Shown: positions 62,131 through 64,000 of the stretch, one piece after another | How the letters are laid out: each line of letters begins with the position of its first letter | Numbering within the stretch: the first letter of the stretch is position 1 | Assembly: GCA_946965045.2 (NCBI GenBank) | Contig: OX337237.1 | Coordinates: 3,100,001 to 3,164,000 of the forward strand | Length of the DNA stretch: 64,000 nt | Source: Epithemia pelagica | Taxonomy: Eukaryota; Protista; Bacillariophyta | Direction: 5' to 3' | Position numbers and translations under genes: made by a program | The notes under the pieces: model-generated | The model's input: the letters and a program-made list of their open reading frames with translations, nothing else | Databases searched by the model: none | What the model was told of the DNA's origin: nothing

Positions 62131-63806
62131 AAAACCGAAGAGGGCTCCACCTCCCCGCCCAGTTGTTATTTCGTTTCTTTCACAACACAGTACTACTGCA
62201 TATATTTCTTGAAAGAGTTCTTCTCAAGCAAAACCCTCTACACAGACCATAATTTGGATTCGTGTCAAAGAAATTGTGTGTATCTACACATTCCGCTAGT
62301 AGTAGCGATTATGACGACGACAACAACAAGATGTAGAATCTTCCACAACGAAACACACTACTGTTTCGACAGAGGAAGGATCCTCCTCTCCTGTTTTAGT
62401 CCGGGCGACTGAGTCGAATGGAGAGTTTGTCGTGTTGCTTTGATATGGTTTGGGGGAAAATGTAACGGCAAGCTCGTCTGGTGACGACCAAACATGACAC
62501 CGACAGGACAGTTCACTCATTGCCGATATTGAAAACAAACCCCGAGACCACAGCAGCACCGTCATTGGGTACACTGGATCCACCAAACATTCCAACGTTT
62601 GCTGCGTGTTTGGATGCAAGTCGGCGACGCTTGGGTAACCCCCCAAACCCAGTTTCTGGCAATCGTTCAATGCCCTCTCCCGTCACACACGATACCACAG
62701 TATGTATAATGAGAGCCGCACCCCCGCCGCGACACACGACGGACCAGACCGTGTGCCGTTTCGATGACAAGCGGGCGTTTAACAACATTGGGCGATCGCA
62801 ACAGTTGAGTGATTTCTTGTTCACACCAGGCTTGTCGCAATGCAGGATTCGGGCCATCCATTTGGGTCCAGACGACCATGATGATGATGATTGGAATACG
62901 AAAGCTACCTCGAACACAAATTCAAGTAATACCTCGTCTTGTGGGTTGGCGGTTGTCCACTGCTGACCAAGACTCTACTAGCGCAGAATCGGCCATGCCT
63001 GAATGAAATTGGATGAATCCTGACACACACTCCAAGGACAAGAGTCTTGTCGGATGGTCGGAAAAGGGTGCTGTGGATCCAAGCAATGTACAGCCAACTT
63101 CTCAGTTCGCCGTCGTTGGATTGTACGTTGCCGAATCTGAGCCAAGAATCGAACCACGCGATTCGACACAGGTCGTTTTGTGTCCTTGGTACTATTCGTG
63201 GCCACAATCATCAGTTCCATAATCATTCATCCAGGGGGGCGCACACTGGAGGAAGAATGACGGTTTCTGGTTGGGAAACAACCACCATTGCCAGACGCAG
63301 CTTGATGCAGATGGGCCTGGTGCTGGATGTTCCAGCAGAAAGGACTTGAAGTGGCAATCGGAATGTATACATGATATGGTGTCGTACAAGACGAGCTGTC
63401 TGGTTCATGTCGTTGTGAGTTTGGTGCAGAACCGAGAATCACCAATCCAGCCCACGCATCAACCAAACTATTCCTCTTTCCTTCGTGACGGACGGATTGT
63501 TGTTGCTGCTGCTGCTGCAAGTGTGGAGTGTCAGGATGGGCCGTTGTTCGTTTTAGTAGGACCGATAGAGACGGCAGTAGTATTCAGCTCCTAGCAGTTT
63601 GGCTGTTGTGGACTCTGGATGCGTCATAGGAGTATCGCCATAGTGAGAGAGATTGTTTCTTGTTGTCGTTCGTGTTAGCGTGAAAGAGAGAGAGAGAGAG
63701 TCAAACACAACACTACCAACAACAACAAGATTCATGATTCATTCACCAACTTACCCACAAGAATCAAACTGTTTGTAGCTCCGGATTTGGAGGCAGGACT
63801 TTGAGA

Positions 63807-64000
63807 TCATGACAATGTCGTTGAGGTAGGCACTGTAGGGGGAGTGCTGGATCCTCCATTGGCTTGATTTTTCAAGAGTGCTTCAGCCAATAAACCATTC
63901 GTACCCATGTGGCCCGTCAAGGCCGACATGTCCAAGGATCCACGGGGAATTGTGCTTTCCATTTCATTTTCCGACAAACGTTCCAGCTGCATGGAGGTCG
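63807..64000 (-). CDS. Possible 3' end of a gene extending beyond the window
   Basis: Open frame from the window edge to a stop at 63807, with ordinary protein-like composition; no family recognised. Confidence 0.3.
   Translation of the reverse strand, partial: TSMQLERLSENEMESTIPRGSLDMSALTGHMGTNGLLAEALLKNQANGGSSTPPTVPTSTTLS

Noticed and set aside
62296-63735. Chain of short minus-strand ORFs that might be a frameshifted pseudogene
   Set aside because: No family could be recognised and no intact homologue is present in the window; TBLASTX would be needed.

Overview
Eukaryotic nuclear DNA, most likely a pennate diatom. This is an inference from nearly intronless genes rich in Q/T/D/S runs, a bipartite plastid-targeted protein and a CoDi-like Ty1/copia element. 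The host genes are an RNI-type LRR protein, E2F, a thylakoid-lumen cyclophilin-like protein, RPL18, tRNA-Arg(CCG), a 3071-aa acidic-repeat/coiled-coil protein, a two-WW-domain protein, a GH38 alpha-mannosidase and two type II membrane glycosyltransferases. There are four mobile elements. (1) A 561-bp Stowaway-like MITE. (2) An intact, very recent copia element (identical 318-bp LTRs, GGAAG TSD) with two extra upstream ORFs and a self-complementary primer-binding site instead of a tRNA PBS. (3, 4) Two diverged, decaying ~8.6-kb tyrosine-recombinase (DIRS-order) retrotransposons, each ending about 90-130 bp upstream of a glycosyltransferase gene with a near-identical 5' module. The strongest new signal is in the YR elements. 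Both conserve an 18-codon leader ending in a perfect splice donor that is in frame with conserved acceptors in front of the RT ORF and the recombinase ORF. They also share a covarying ~350-nt structured 3' region and a degenerate C5-methyltransferase-like segment ahead of RT. All alignments, counts and folds were done by eye.
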